A program made the position numbers and the translations under genes. DNA of 58,083 nt, counting the filler, from Diploschistes diacapsis (lineage: Eukaryota), in assembly GCA_023645945.1 (NCBI GenBank). It is 7 parts of 7 records of this genome, joined end to end, with 100 filler letters (N's around TTAATTAATTAA, not from the genome) between each part and the next. Parts side by side here need not be neighbours in the genome. Positions count along the whole stretch, not along the records: positions 1 to 8,236 come from JALAIB010001180.1; positions 8,337 to 16,564 come from JALAIB010001181.1; 5 more parts are not named here. One strand, given 5' to 3'. The notes beneath the pieces were generated by a model, which saw only the letters and a program-made list of their open reading frames with translations, did not search any database and had not been told where the DNA came from. Shown here one piece after another: positions 1 to 11,485 of the stretch (position 1 is its first letter; each line of letters opens with the position of its first letter).

Positions 1-262
1 GGAGGAGGGAGCGAGGGCAGCAGGGCGCAGGCTATGGGGGGTCGATGACTGGAGTAGTAGTGAGCTACGGGCCAAGTGAGGGAGGGGGGGCGGAGCTTGT
101 GCATACTTCAGGTTGCGGGTGAGTAAATCTTGATAACGCCAGATTCAGAGCTGCACTGATGGTGATGAGGAGGAGGATGATGATAACCCTGCCTGTCTAT
201 CCGGAAAGAAAGACGCCATGCTTTCGCCAATAAAATAAAAAGAAGCTACGCATTCGACGATG

Positions 263-266
263 CGCC

Positions 267-299
<33 letters not shown>
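263..299. repeat. Compound (CG)n(AG)n microsatellite
   Basis: cgcccgcgcgcgcgcgcg followed directly by about ten ag units. Confidence 0.9.
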
Positions 300-1537
300 A
301 ATCTCATCCCGATGCTTGCAGAAACTTCTGCGCTCAAGCCTCAACTAACGCCCCCCCCCCCGTCCCCCTCCTGGCCGTCGTTTGCGCGCCGCGTCATTAC
401 GCTCTCTCGTGAGCCACTTTCTGCTCGGTTCCTCCTTTCCCACCCGCGCGGGTCGCCCAACACCTGCAGTCACGCGCCGTCGACGTCGTCTCCGTGTCCG
501 GGCGGATGAAGAGCGCCGACTGTTGCCCCGGGCCTTCGGCCATGAAGCGCTGCATGGGGCTGGAGCCGGCGGAGGGCTGGGCTGCGTTGGTTCGGGGATT
601 GGGCCCGGTGGATGAGCATGCCGGCCTGCCCTGAAGGTTGAGAAGCGGGCCGTGGTAGGGGCATGTGTGCGCCTGTTGTAGGAGGGCTTTGGCTTGGTTG
701 GGGGGGAGGTAGGGGGACGTCTCGTATTTGGGGCTGTGGGACATGTTGTGGGAGATGGCCTTGAGATGGATGTTGCTGGTTGAGCAGTGCTATGGGGGGA
801 CAGGTTGTTGGTGATATGTGGGGTGATTTGGTGAAAACTTGGAGGAGCGGTTGTGGGGAGCCTGGCCGGGACAGGAAGAGTAGATATGGAGTGCTCTTGG
901 CAAAGGCCGGAAGACTTATATGGGTAGGAGCGTAGCAATGGAGAGAGAATCGATGCTCCTTGCTGGAGAAGTCAATGGGATGGAGAGGGGCTTCTTATAG
1001 ACATTTCCTCGTAGCGACACAGTGCAATACATCGTTCATGGCTGGTTCAAGGCAATCAGAAGGCAGTTGTTTCTCGGCTGGCTTTACAGAAGATGCTTTG
1101 AATTGAGACGATCTCAAGGTAGCCGATTGTCGGCTACCTTGAGAAGCAGAGAGGGTGGAGTGGCAGTATACTTTTGTGCGTCTCGTCCGAAACATGATTG
1201 GACCGTCTACTTTTGTCAGTGAACGTCATTGGTCATTGGCTAGCAGAATAGGCCGGGGGTACCAACCCTTTTGTGCCGTCATGCGGTATTCATAGCCGGT
1301 TCGGCGATTTCAGAGATATTCTTGCCTTTCAAGATGCTCCGTTGCAACAAGATTTCGCCTCTCGAAAGTAGCTGAGGTGGGTCAGTGGCCTGTGCGTTTC
1401 TCACTTCTGATTGGGTAGTATACTTTGTTTAAGTAGTAGTTCTTAGGTGCTTTCTAGATGGTTTCGTAAACACCCAGTGACAACTGACGCTGCTTTTGAT
1501 GGGCTTTAATGCTCCACTTGTCATTTGCATATCATAT

Positions 1538-1570
1538 CCATCAACCATCAACCATCAACCATCAACCATC
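1538..1570. repeat. (CCATCAA)n 7-bp tandem repeat
   Basis: About 4.5 copies: ccatcaaccatcaaccatcaaccatcaaccatc. Confidence 0.85.
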
Positions 1571-1794
1571 GGCTGTGTGGGTCAGAATATACTTACAGTG
1601 CCTACCCTTGTCTCGCTGTTCAATTGGCCACTTCTCATCCCTCTGTCCTACCCCGCTCCACGGTGAGGCTTCAAAAGAATAACTTCTATTATAGCCGTTT
1701 TCCTGCTTTCTCGTCAATTGTTCTTTGCCTGCTTTGCTCTTCTCCCTTCTTGTAACTTCTCCTGTCTATTTCATTACGTCCCCTCGTCCAAAGG

Positions 1795-4465
1795 ATGGAT
1801 GGCTTGGTGGAGCGCAATGACACTGTGACCCAGCAGCTGCTTACAACCCCATTTGATAAGAAGTGGGAAATCTTGAAACCCGAGATCGAGAAGCTCTACT
1901 ACGGCCATGGCCTCGAACATATAAAGGAAACGATGAAACTCAGTTACGGATTTTCTGCCAAGTAAGCCATAGCTCTTGGAATTCAAGCTTTCGTTGCTGA
2001 TTTGTCATTGCAAGTGACGCTCAATACAAGTACCATTTCAAGAAATGGGGGGTGGAAGAAGAGTACCTTCTCGGAGAAGAAGTCGGCAATTGTGAAGATT
2101 GTACAGCGTCGGGCAGATGCTGGCAAGCTTACTCGCGCGACACTTCATGGCAAAGAGATAGACAGAAAGAAGCTTCGCCGGCATCTTAAAGACGCTATAA
2201 GACGAGATAGGGCTTCAATCTCTACCTTTCTGACCCACGAGCTAGATCGATCTTCAATAAGCTGCTTCGGTCCAAATTTGATGTTCGGCAACAACCTGTA
2301 CGTCACCTTGTACATATCTATCAGATTGACTAATTAAGTCGCTTCCCAAGCTTCTTCAACCGGAGCGTAGCTTCCGAGGTGGAAATAGAATCAGATCGTG
2401 GCATCTCATCGCCAGCCGTTATGGTAACATCACCCTTAGGAGACCTACAGGTGCATACTCCATCCGGGCAATTTGCAGAGGAGAAAAGCGATGCCCCGTC
2501 ACCACTGACGCAAATCCGAAATGAAAAACAGGCTCTTGACTGTGTCCGTATGTTTCTGCAGGGCTGTTACGATGAGCTAGCTAGATCACTGTCTGAGGAA
2601 GAACGGAGGTCAGTATCCCCAATGCTCAGCGAGGAACACACTTTAATGCAAATTAGTATCATCTCAAATTAGCTGCATCAATTTCGCTTCTTTGCCTTCA
2701 AGTCAGCAAACCACTGGGGCCCGTGGTCCGTACTCTTGGACTGCCTCCCAGCTGCGTTTTCCAGTTTCTGGTTCACCACATTCTTCAATCGCTACAAGCC
2801 CCATTGCTCATGGTAACCACATGATAGATCGTGCAAGTGAACGGCATGCAACTCATCAAAAGCGACGCACTTTACCAGTGCCGCCTTCACTATGTCGATG
2901 GAGCGTTCATTGTTCTCGGGATCAATTAGTATACGATCTTGATGAAGATGCAGCCATTGCAGGGCTTGACCTACGTGATCGCCAGGGAGAAGATCCTGCC
3001 GATCAAAGCACTTGGAAGGACTGGCCATCCGAATGGAATGATCGCTCTTTCCCTCATTGTCTAGTCGAAGGCATAGCGACGAATCGTTTCAGCACTATCA
3101 ACGGCTCTGACTTACCAGTTGCACTCCCAGAGGTCTTCCAGAGGGAGGAAGCAACCAAAGCACTTGGTACAGAGGCTCTTGGTTTTGCCATCATGGCAGG
3201 AAGTCCCTACCTAGTTGAGCAGATCTTAAAGAATAATGGATTGTTCTCAAAGGAGACTTCTGAAATCCATGCTTTTGATCCAACGACATCTTACTTGGAC
3301 GGATCCAAAGCATGCTGCCTTATTCTTGGTTCTCTTTGTGCATCTTCATTGCAAAGGCTAGCGCTTCCGAATCGTCTGGACCACAGTCCATTCGACAATC
3401 TGATGCTTACAATACTAAGATCCAACACCTCGCTTGCGCCAGACATGGTGGACTCCGCTTTCAGAGGGCAGAAAAGGTTTCCGGGCGAAGAAGTTGATAT
3501 ATGCGGCCGCTGGGATGCTGGGTCTGAATGTTATCGTCAGCTTCTTGAGTTGGGCATGCCTTCAGTGCCACTAGAATGGAAACACAAATTCTGCCACACG
3601 TCGATACAGGTTATTTGCTACAGCATTCGTATGCTTGTGGGGAAGTGGCCCAGATTTTTGGCAAGTGAATCCGGCTTATTTGTCCGACATTGTGACAATT
3701 GTGGTCTCAAACTGAAACTTTCACCACTTCATATACTCATACTGATCATACTGAGCCTAGTGGAATATGGCTTCCAAGACGAGGACCGGTTTGGCATGCT
3801 GGCAGTCCCTTTTGTGTTTTATCGAAGAGTACAGCCGTGTTCCCGCGCCATTGGCCGGGTGATATGTATTCATGTGACTGGTTTCCCCTTTCGTATCTAC
3901 TTTCAAGTCTTTGTTGATGGGGAGAACGTGGCGACAGATTGCTGCTACCATGAGCGTGAGCGTTGTTGAATTTGCAAATTCTTTGCCAAAAGAGCGGGTG
4001 AGTCAATGGTCAGACAGGGTCAAGCGCGGGTGGAACATAATTTGGCACGTCCTCGATCTCTCTGATCTACAGCACATGGAAGCTGAAGAGTGTGACGTTT
4101 GTTTCGAGTATAATTCCCCAAGAATGGTCACTGATTTGACAATACTTGGCGGTGCTGTAGAAGCCGAATGGTTGACTTACAGACGGCTTAGCAACTCTGA
4201 CCCCTGGATATCACGAGATTTCGACATGGAAGCTGTGCTAAAAAGCCTAGAAGCAGGAACCGGCTTGTCTGCCGGGCCCATGACGGATATACCCTTAATG
4301 AAACACCTTTGTCAGTGTGGCTGGTTTGCCAAAGACTCGTTCTTTCCAAGGGCGGAAGATGTATGTCGAGACTACATATCAATTCTAGGAGACAACTATG
4401 ATATGATGCGGATACAGTCACCACCTCCAGACCGTAAAGACCTTTTCTGGCGCTTCACTGAATAA
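1795..4465 (+). pseudogene. Clr5-domain protein, disrupted (probable pseudogene)
   Basis: ATG 1795 reads ..KKWEILKPEIEKLY..MKLSYGFSA, then intron 1962-2014, then QYKYHFKKWG: a Clr5-like N-terminus. Continuity needs a frameshift in G6 (2047-2052), bypass of TAG 2670-2672, and further shifts near 2720 and near 3955. Confidence 0.7.
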
Positions 4466-5191
4466 AGAAATACAGGAAAGGCACTCCTCCATTTGGTCAT
4501 CAGCTTTTAACTAGATGCAATGATATTATCCGTACTATTGCAGAGGTTATGGAGGTTACTGTTCCTATCATACGCTTTACTTACATGGATTGGCATGACA
4601 AGGAAAAGTTAAGGGTGAGGTACTTTGGCGTCCCCAAGCGTTTCAATCGCGGAGAGATTATCTTGAACACATGCATACCTTTAGCACCTATTGAGCGGTT
4701 GCCCGGGCTAGTTGACCTCAGGCCATTAGAATAAAAGTTAATTACTAAAGCATTATGATCGCTTTGAATGTTCTAGAGCAATTCGTTAGTATGGAGATAT
4801 ACACTAAAGCGCTCGAGATACAGAATGTGATAAGCGTCGGAGGAAGGATAAAGTAAGTTCCGACGCGGAGACTTTCCGGCTTCGGTGGTGGGACGGAGTT
4901 CAACGGAATACATGATCGGGTAATCAGTGTCGAGCTCCGTCAGCTCCCGCCACTCAAAGGAGGGTCAGCTCGGGGCCTGGCGTCTGTGAAGATCAGGAGG
5001 GGAAACGAAAACCTGGATGTGGGCATCGTGAACTGCCTATCACAAAAGCACTGACTGGTATTCAAGCTGCCTGACGGATGTCGAGAACATGAACCCTGAC
5101 AAATGCACGCTTAAGTATGGGATGCCGCTGAAGTCTATAAAAGACTCCGCGAGCCCAATTCGATTCGACATACTTGTGAACCTCGGACAGG

Positions 5192-6515
5192 ATGACCTCA
5201 ATAAAGCCCTACCAAATAGCTGTACCCCAGGAAAAGCTCGAGAGGCTGAAGCAGAAGCTTGCCCTTACTGACTTCCCAGATGAGCTGGATGATTCGGGCT
5301 GGGACTACGGCAGCCCGTTGGCAGAGGTCAAAAAGCTCGCCACATACTGGCAGACAGACTTCGATTGGTCGAAAGCGCAGAAGAAGCTGAATGAATTGCC
5401 TCAGTTCACAGTTCCGGTTTTTGTGGAGGGTTTTTGCACGCTGGACGTCCATTTCGTGCACCAACAGAGCGCTGTCAAGGGTGCTATTCCCTTGCTATTC
5501 TGTCATGGTTGGCCTGGGAGCTTCGACGAGGTCGCTAAGATCTTGCCGATGCTCGTCGAGGGAGGAGCAGACCATCCTGCTTTCCACGTGGTCGCTCCCA
5601 GCTTGCCAAATTTCGGTTTCTCTGAGGGGACAAAGAAGGTATGTGCTGTCCTGATAACTAAGAGCGTTTTGTTTTGGTGCGTTAACAAGGCTTCAGAGAG
5701 GCTTTCGAATCAAGCAACATGCTGAAGTTTGCCACAAGTTGATGCTTGCTTTGGGCTATACGGAATATGGTACTCGTTCACAGATTATTTGGACGACCTT
5801 GAGTTAATCGAATGGTTCAGCTACTCAGGGCGGGGATATTGGATACAGCGTAACACGCCATATGGGTCTTCTATACCCGACTTCATGCAGGGCCTCTCAT
5901 ACCAATTTTCCAAGGCCAAATCGTCCCAAGCATCTCGAGGGCGCCTTCGCCTGGGTCGAGTACAAGAGCAAATTCAACGCACGGCAGCAAGCCGATCAAG
6001 AGCGGACGGAGTGGTTCGCCGAGAAAGGCAGAGCCTACAACGAGCTCCAGTCCACCAAGCCGCAAACGCTGGGTTACTCACTGACAGACAGCCCTGTGGG
6101 CCTGTTGGCTTGGATCTATGAGAAGATGCACGATTGGACAGACCATTATGCATGGACGGCGGACGAGATACTAACATGGGTATCGATCTACTGGTTCTCT
6201 ACAGCGGGGCCGGCCGCCGCGCAGAGAATCTACTACGAGAGCCATAACGATCCAGATCAGATGCGTGGAAAGATAAACGACTACATTCCGGACGTGAAGC
6301 TCGGAATATCGCGCTTTCCAAAGGAGTTGATCATCTCGCCCAAAGAGTGGCAGAAGACGTTGGGACCTGTAGTTCTCGAGCGCGAGTACGATCATGGCGG
6401 TCACTTTGCTGCTTGGGAGAGACCGGATGCCCTTGTCGATGACCTGAGGATGATGTTTGGCAGGCATGGAGGCGCATTTGGAGCGGTGAGTGGGAGGAAT
6501 GGATTCGAGGATTGA
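5192..6515 (+). CDS. Microsomal-type epoxide hydrolase (EHN domain + alpha/beta hydrolase)
   Basis: Exons 5192-5638, 5697-5769, 5821-6515 join in frame. HGWP oxyanion motif, TQGGDIG nucleophile motif, GGHFAAWE catalytic His. Confidence 0.95.
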
Positions 6516-7724
6516 GAGTCGGTCGAAATGAATGTATCAGATAGGTCGCAATGATTGATTCCTTTTGTCAAAGCTTGCATGGCCAATGCTGAGTACATCG
6601 AAATTAACTATTATGCAAAACCGTTGCGGCAGCCTTTCCAAAGAGGAGAGAACACCGAGCTTCTGTGAATCAAAGTATTTTGCCTCTGTATCAGAAGTCG
6701 CATAAAGCAGTTCCGAGCATAACAGTACAAGAGTAGAGCATTCATTCCCACACACCAAGCACCAAGGTGACGTTGCTTTCCTTCTATTCTGTAACAGTGC
6801 CAAGGGCCGATCGAACCCTTTTGGGGTATGGACAAGCGAGATCCGCACTTCAACTGGACTCTGAATGTCACCCAGGGAAAAGGACACGCAGCTGCTCTGT
6901 GAGGCTCTCTGGATCTGAACGAAATTTGTCGTTCTCTCTCTCCCTCTCCGTCACACTTCCCAACGAGAGAAGCCCCAGTTTCCCTTTTTGGTTCGGAGAA
7001 GCCATAGTGCTTTGCAATTCCCATCTTTTCCCCTTATCACTCCACTACACTGGAAACGTCCTGTTGTGATAGACAGTGAGACAGTGAAGCAAGACTGCGC
7101 GGGCGTCACCGCCTTCCCCCTTACATAGCCTTCAACTACCAACAAGGCCCCTCCGCTCGACATACCATCGACCACATGACAACTTTGGGACGTTCTCGCT
7201 TCCTGCAGCAGAGCGGAGTGCCTCCGATTCGGCAAGTCCCACATGGCTCCTAGCCGGTGCTTCACCCTCTCGGTTCCAGTCATTATAGCGTCTTTCTTGT
7301 TCCTAATGCCTCCTTATTTTCCCTAGCTCTCTTGATTTAGTGCCTGACGGACCCCCAATGCAAGATGCATGGCAGTTATGATACGCGTGGTCCAACAGTG
7401 TCATTGCCTCTTGGCAGAGCATGGCCACTGTTTCGTTAAGCTCGCGTACTATTCTTCCAAGGGTTCCCCTGTTGATCCTGGCGATCATGTATGCGTGCAG
7501 GCATGCTGCCGTGCAGTTCGTCGAGAGCAGATGGAGAAGTACAAATACAGTGGATCCCATCCCCTTCAACGACTATCCTTCCAGCTACCACTATTTGCTA
7601 TCCTGCAACAGTCCATTCATTCCTTTCAAAAAGCCACAGCAGCCAGCTTTTCCTGTTACATTCTCTCCTTTAACAACCCACTTTTTCTACCAAACCACCA
7701 CAATCACCACAACCAACAACAGCC

Positions 7725-8199
7725 ATGAAGTTCCTCTCCCTCTCTCTCTTTGCCCTCACCGCCCTCACCGCCCCCCTCCAATCCGACCCCCTCTCCGCCC
7801 GCGACGCCCACATCGCCAACCGCGCCGTCGCCATGGAAGCCGCGATCGGCCAGCTGCACAACCTGCAGTCCTCGGGCTGCAGCGTCATCAAGTGCGTCGT
7901 GGCGCTCGCGCCCGCTTTCGTCGGCTGCGCTTCGGCGGCGGCGGAGGAGTTCATCAACCCCATCGCGGACATTAGCTGCATTGCCGCGGCGTTGAACGAC
8001 GGCGTTAATCCGGTACGCTTGGTTTTTCACCCCCCCCCCCTTTTTTTTGGGAGGTGGAAGGTGGAGAAATGTGCTAACGTGTGTGTGCGAATAGCCCAGC
8101 TCGTGCGTGACGTGCTTCGACGACCTGAAGAATGGGACGGGACTGGGGCTGAGGGACGTGCCGGGCGAGAAGAGGAAGATCTATTTGCCCCTGCCCTAG
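7725..8199 (+). CDS. Small secreted 6-Cys protein, Cbp1-like fungal calcium-binding protein family, 130 aa
   Basis: Signal peptide MKFLSLSLFALTALTA. Exons 7725-8012 and 8095-8199 (GTACGC..GCTAAC..TAG intron). Cys spacing C-x4-C-x10-C-x16-C-x14-C-x2-C. Confidence 0.75.
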
Positions 8200-8236
8200 A
8201 GGGAGGGCTTGCGGGATGGGAAGGTGGAGTTTGTGG

Positions 8237-8336
8237 NNNNNNNNNNNNNNNNNNNNNNNNNNNNNNNNNNNNNNNNNNNNTTAATTAATTAANNNNNNNN
8301 NNNNNNNNNNNNNNNNNNNNNNNNNNNNNNNNNNNN
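8237..8336. other. Artificial contig spacer
   Basis: N44-TTAATTAATTAA-N44, with stops in all six frames. Confidence 0.98.
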
Positions 8337-10843
8337 CGCAAGCTCTCCCCTTCGTCTCGACTCCCCCCCTTCTCAAGCACCGTGCGCCGATACCTCCTGC
8401 CTTCCTTGCCATCCATCGGATCCCGCGCGAACACGCTGTAGAACATATCCGCGCTGTACACCTGGCTCGCCAGATAGCCGTAGTAGCCCGCGTCGTACCC
8501 GCCCATCAGGTGCCCGAAGGTCGCTTCGCCGTGCGACCAGCTGTCCTGCGGCACGGCGCCCTCGAGCGGGACGATGGAGCGGCGGAGCGAGTTCCAAAGG
8601 GTCGTCACATCGAGGGCGGCGGCCGCGTCATGCGAGGAAGGGGTGTGCACGGCCATGTCGTACAGGCCGAAGTGCAGCTGCCGGAGGGTGGAGAGAGCGT
8701 CGTTGACGTGCTTGGTGGCGATTAGGGAGGTTATGAGGGAGGAGGGGAGGTTCGTGGGTGGTGGGGATGCGGTGGCGGTGGCGGTGGTGGAGGAGGTGTT
8801 GGATGAGGTGGATGAGGTGTTGGATGAGGTGGATGAGGACGAGGATGATTCTTGCCAGGTGGCGAGGTAGGCGGGCGAGAGGGACGAGTAGTGCTGGCTG
8901 AGGGATTTGAGCTGCGAGGGCGTCCAGCACCAGTTCTCGAGCATTTGGCTCGGGGCTTCGACGAAGTCTTGCACCACACTCGTGCCGTGGAAGCGGGCGT
9001 AGGTTGTGCGGCCGACGAGGTCGTGGATGCCGTGGCCGAGTTCTGGAGATGAGTTGAAGGAGTTAATTGGTGGGGAGATTAGAGGGGAAGTTGATCGCTT
9101 TGTAAGAGAGTGTGGGATAGATGGGAGGGGACGTTACTCACCGTGGAAGAGGGTCACTACTTCGTCGTGCTTGAGGAGGGAAGGCTTCTTGGCGCTCGGC
9201 TTGCTGAAGTTGCATATAAGAGAGGTTGCTGGGTAGTGCCGTGTGCCGTTGGCGGACGAAAAACCAGGTTGCATGTTGAAGTTCGCTGCGTGGCCAAATC
9301 TTTTCAATGGTCAGTGCTTCCGAACGACTAAAACACCCCTGCGCTGCACTTACTTGCCCAGACGCGGATGCAGGTCTGTGTAGAGGTAGCCCACAAAGCC
9401 GCCGCCCTCACCCTCATCATCCCAGACACTAAAGAGCTGCACATCCTCGTGCCATACGATATCGTCTCCTTTACCTGTTGGTGAAATCGCCGCCCTGTCC
9501 TCGCCCCTGACCTCAACAAATTTTAAGCCCAGCAGCTCCTCAAAGATGTTGAGCATCTTAGCCAGTGTGGTCTGCAGCGGAAAATACTCTGATATCCTCT
9601 GCTGGTCGACCTGATAATCCCTCTCGAGCTGTATGCGGGAGTAATAGCGGTGGTCCCAGACATAGTAGTTTCCGTCAAACTCCTGGCCTTTCGATTCGAG
9701 ATCGCTCTTCTTGAGCTGCCTCAGCACGTCAAGCTCTTTCTCGGCGATGGGGGTTAATCTCGTGCGAAGGTCCCCCAAAAACTCATCCACGCTGTTGGGG
9801 TCCTTTGCCATCTTATCTTCGATCCTGAACGCTGCGTGAGTCGGATAACCAAGCAACCTTGCTGCCTCGTCGCGAAGAACGATGGCTTGCTTGAAGAGGT
9901 CCACGTTGTCCATACACTTGTTCTCGTTATGTATGGCGAGCGTCTTCCTCGTCACTGCGTTCGCGGCGTACTTGAGCACAGGGAACAAATGCGGGTATTT
10001 GTACGTGAGCCTCAGCTTCCCGGCGTGCTCGCCCTCCCCCTTTTCAAGGTCATCGACGACCTCCTCCGGTACACCGTCGAGCTCCTCTTTCGAGAACCAC
10101 AGTCCGCCGCTTTCTTCATTCAAGTTCTTTTGGAACTGGATGGAGAGCTGCGAGAGCTTCATCTTGATTTCCCGAAACCTATCCCTCTTGGGTCCAGCGG
10201 GTAGGTTAAGTCCGTTCTGGATGTACCCCTTCCGCACCTTCTCCAAGAACCTCTGCTGCTCCGGCTCCAAGTTTTCCTTGTTCTGAAACACCGCCTCTAC
10301 CCGCTTGTATATGTCCTCCCTCATCGACGATTCAATGCTGAATTCGTCCAGCATCTTGTCTGCCTCGGTGGATGCATCACGCAGCTCCTTGTTCGCCGAC
10401 ACTGCCTGGTAGAAACCTAGGATATGTGATGACAGAGACATTGAGTTCTCGTCTTGTGCGAGTTCCTCCGGGATGTTCTTGAAGTTGGCATTATCCGGCT
10501 TTACGTCCTTGGCGAGACTATCTTGTAAACTCCTTGACTTCTCGATAATCTTATTCGTATCCGCAACAATAGACTCTTTGGTTCCCGTGAAAGTGGGAGG
10601 AGCCTGGGGAGGCTTCATGAATGTTGCCTGGGCCATTGCGGAAGACGCCGTCGCATAGGTCTTGAATGGGTAGACGGTTGCGGATCCTGCAGCAGGTCTG
10701 AGCACAAGGGGTCGAACCTGGTTGTTGAAGAGATCGAAGAGACGGGTGGAGTAGCGAAGTGGGTAGGCCAGGATGAAGAACACACCGATGAATAGTAAGA
10801 TAGCAAAGAAAGGAACCCTGGAGCAATAATGAGCGGCTAGCAT
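8337..10843 (-). CDS. PRD1: M3 family metallo-oligopeptidase (thimet oligopeptidase/saccharolysin), 3' end cut by contig edge
   Basis: Exons 10843-9354, 9299-9142, 9042-<8337. Zinc motif TLFH|ELGHGIH across intron 2, DFVEAPSQMLENW, GHLMGGYDAGYYGY. Second ATG at 10636. Confidence 0.92.
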
Positions 10844-11485
10844 GAAGACTCGTGATCTGCGTTCAGGATGTACATTGTCCGATGCGGCAGAATATAGGAA
10901 GAAGTGATCCTTCCCCGAGCCTTTCCGCTGATTGGTTGTACGACTGTGTAGGCTCGATGCGCCCTATTACGGGTTAGCGTCGTATGGTAACCGCTTCCTC
11001 ATCTCATACTTCGTCCAGTCTACTTCTGTAGGACACGATCTCAAAATACAATTCGGCATATATTCACTTTCAAATCTCCAATTACAAACAACGAGGATTA
11101 GTATGATATCACTTACTTAGAGAGAGAGAGAGAGACCTCTGAGAGGCAACTCGAACAAACATCGAGCCTGAGAGATATTCCCTCTGGGAGGGCCCCAAAA
11201 TGGGTCCACAAAATGATGATAACTATTGGCTTCGTGCGTTGGCGGGCCTTCCTTGATGGTTGAAGAAATCTACCATAGTACTTGCTGGCAATGACATCCA
11301 CAGCTCCCGGGGTTGTGGAAAATTTGCCTCACAGATGTAATATTCCAGAATATAGCATGATATCCTCTGGCTTATGGCACCATGCTAGGCCCCAACAACT
11401 TGATGGACTCGTGCCAATAGTCTCATGAGTCCGTGCATATCTCTCATGTTCTATACGTTGTTAATTTACAATTAGCTAGCATGCC

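Noticed and set aside
345..938. Pro/Thr-rich minus-strand ORFs (197 aa and 115 aa)
   Set aside because: Low-complexity skewed sequence with no recognisable domain; a small real gene cannot be excluded
8281..8292. Recurrent TTAATTAATTAA motif about every 8.3 kb
   Set aside because: Assembly linker embedded in Ns, not biological
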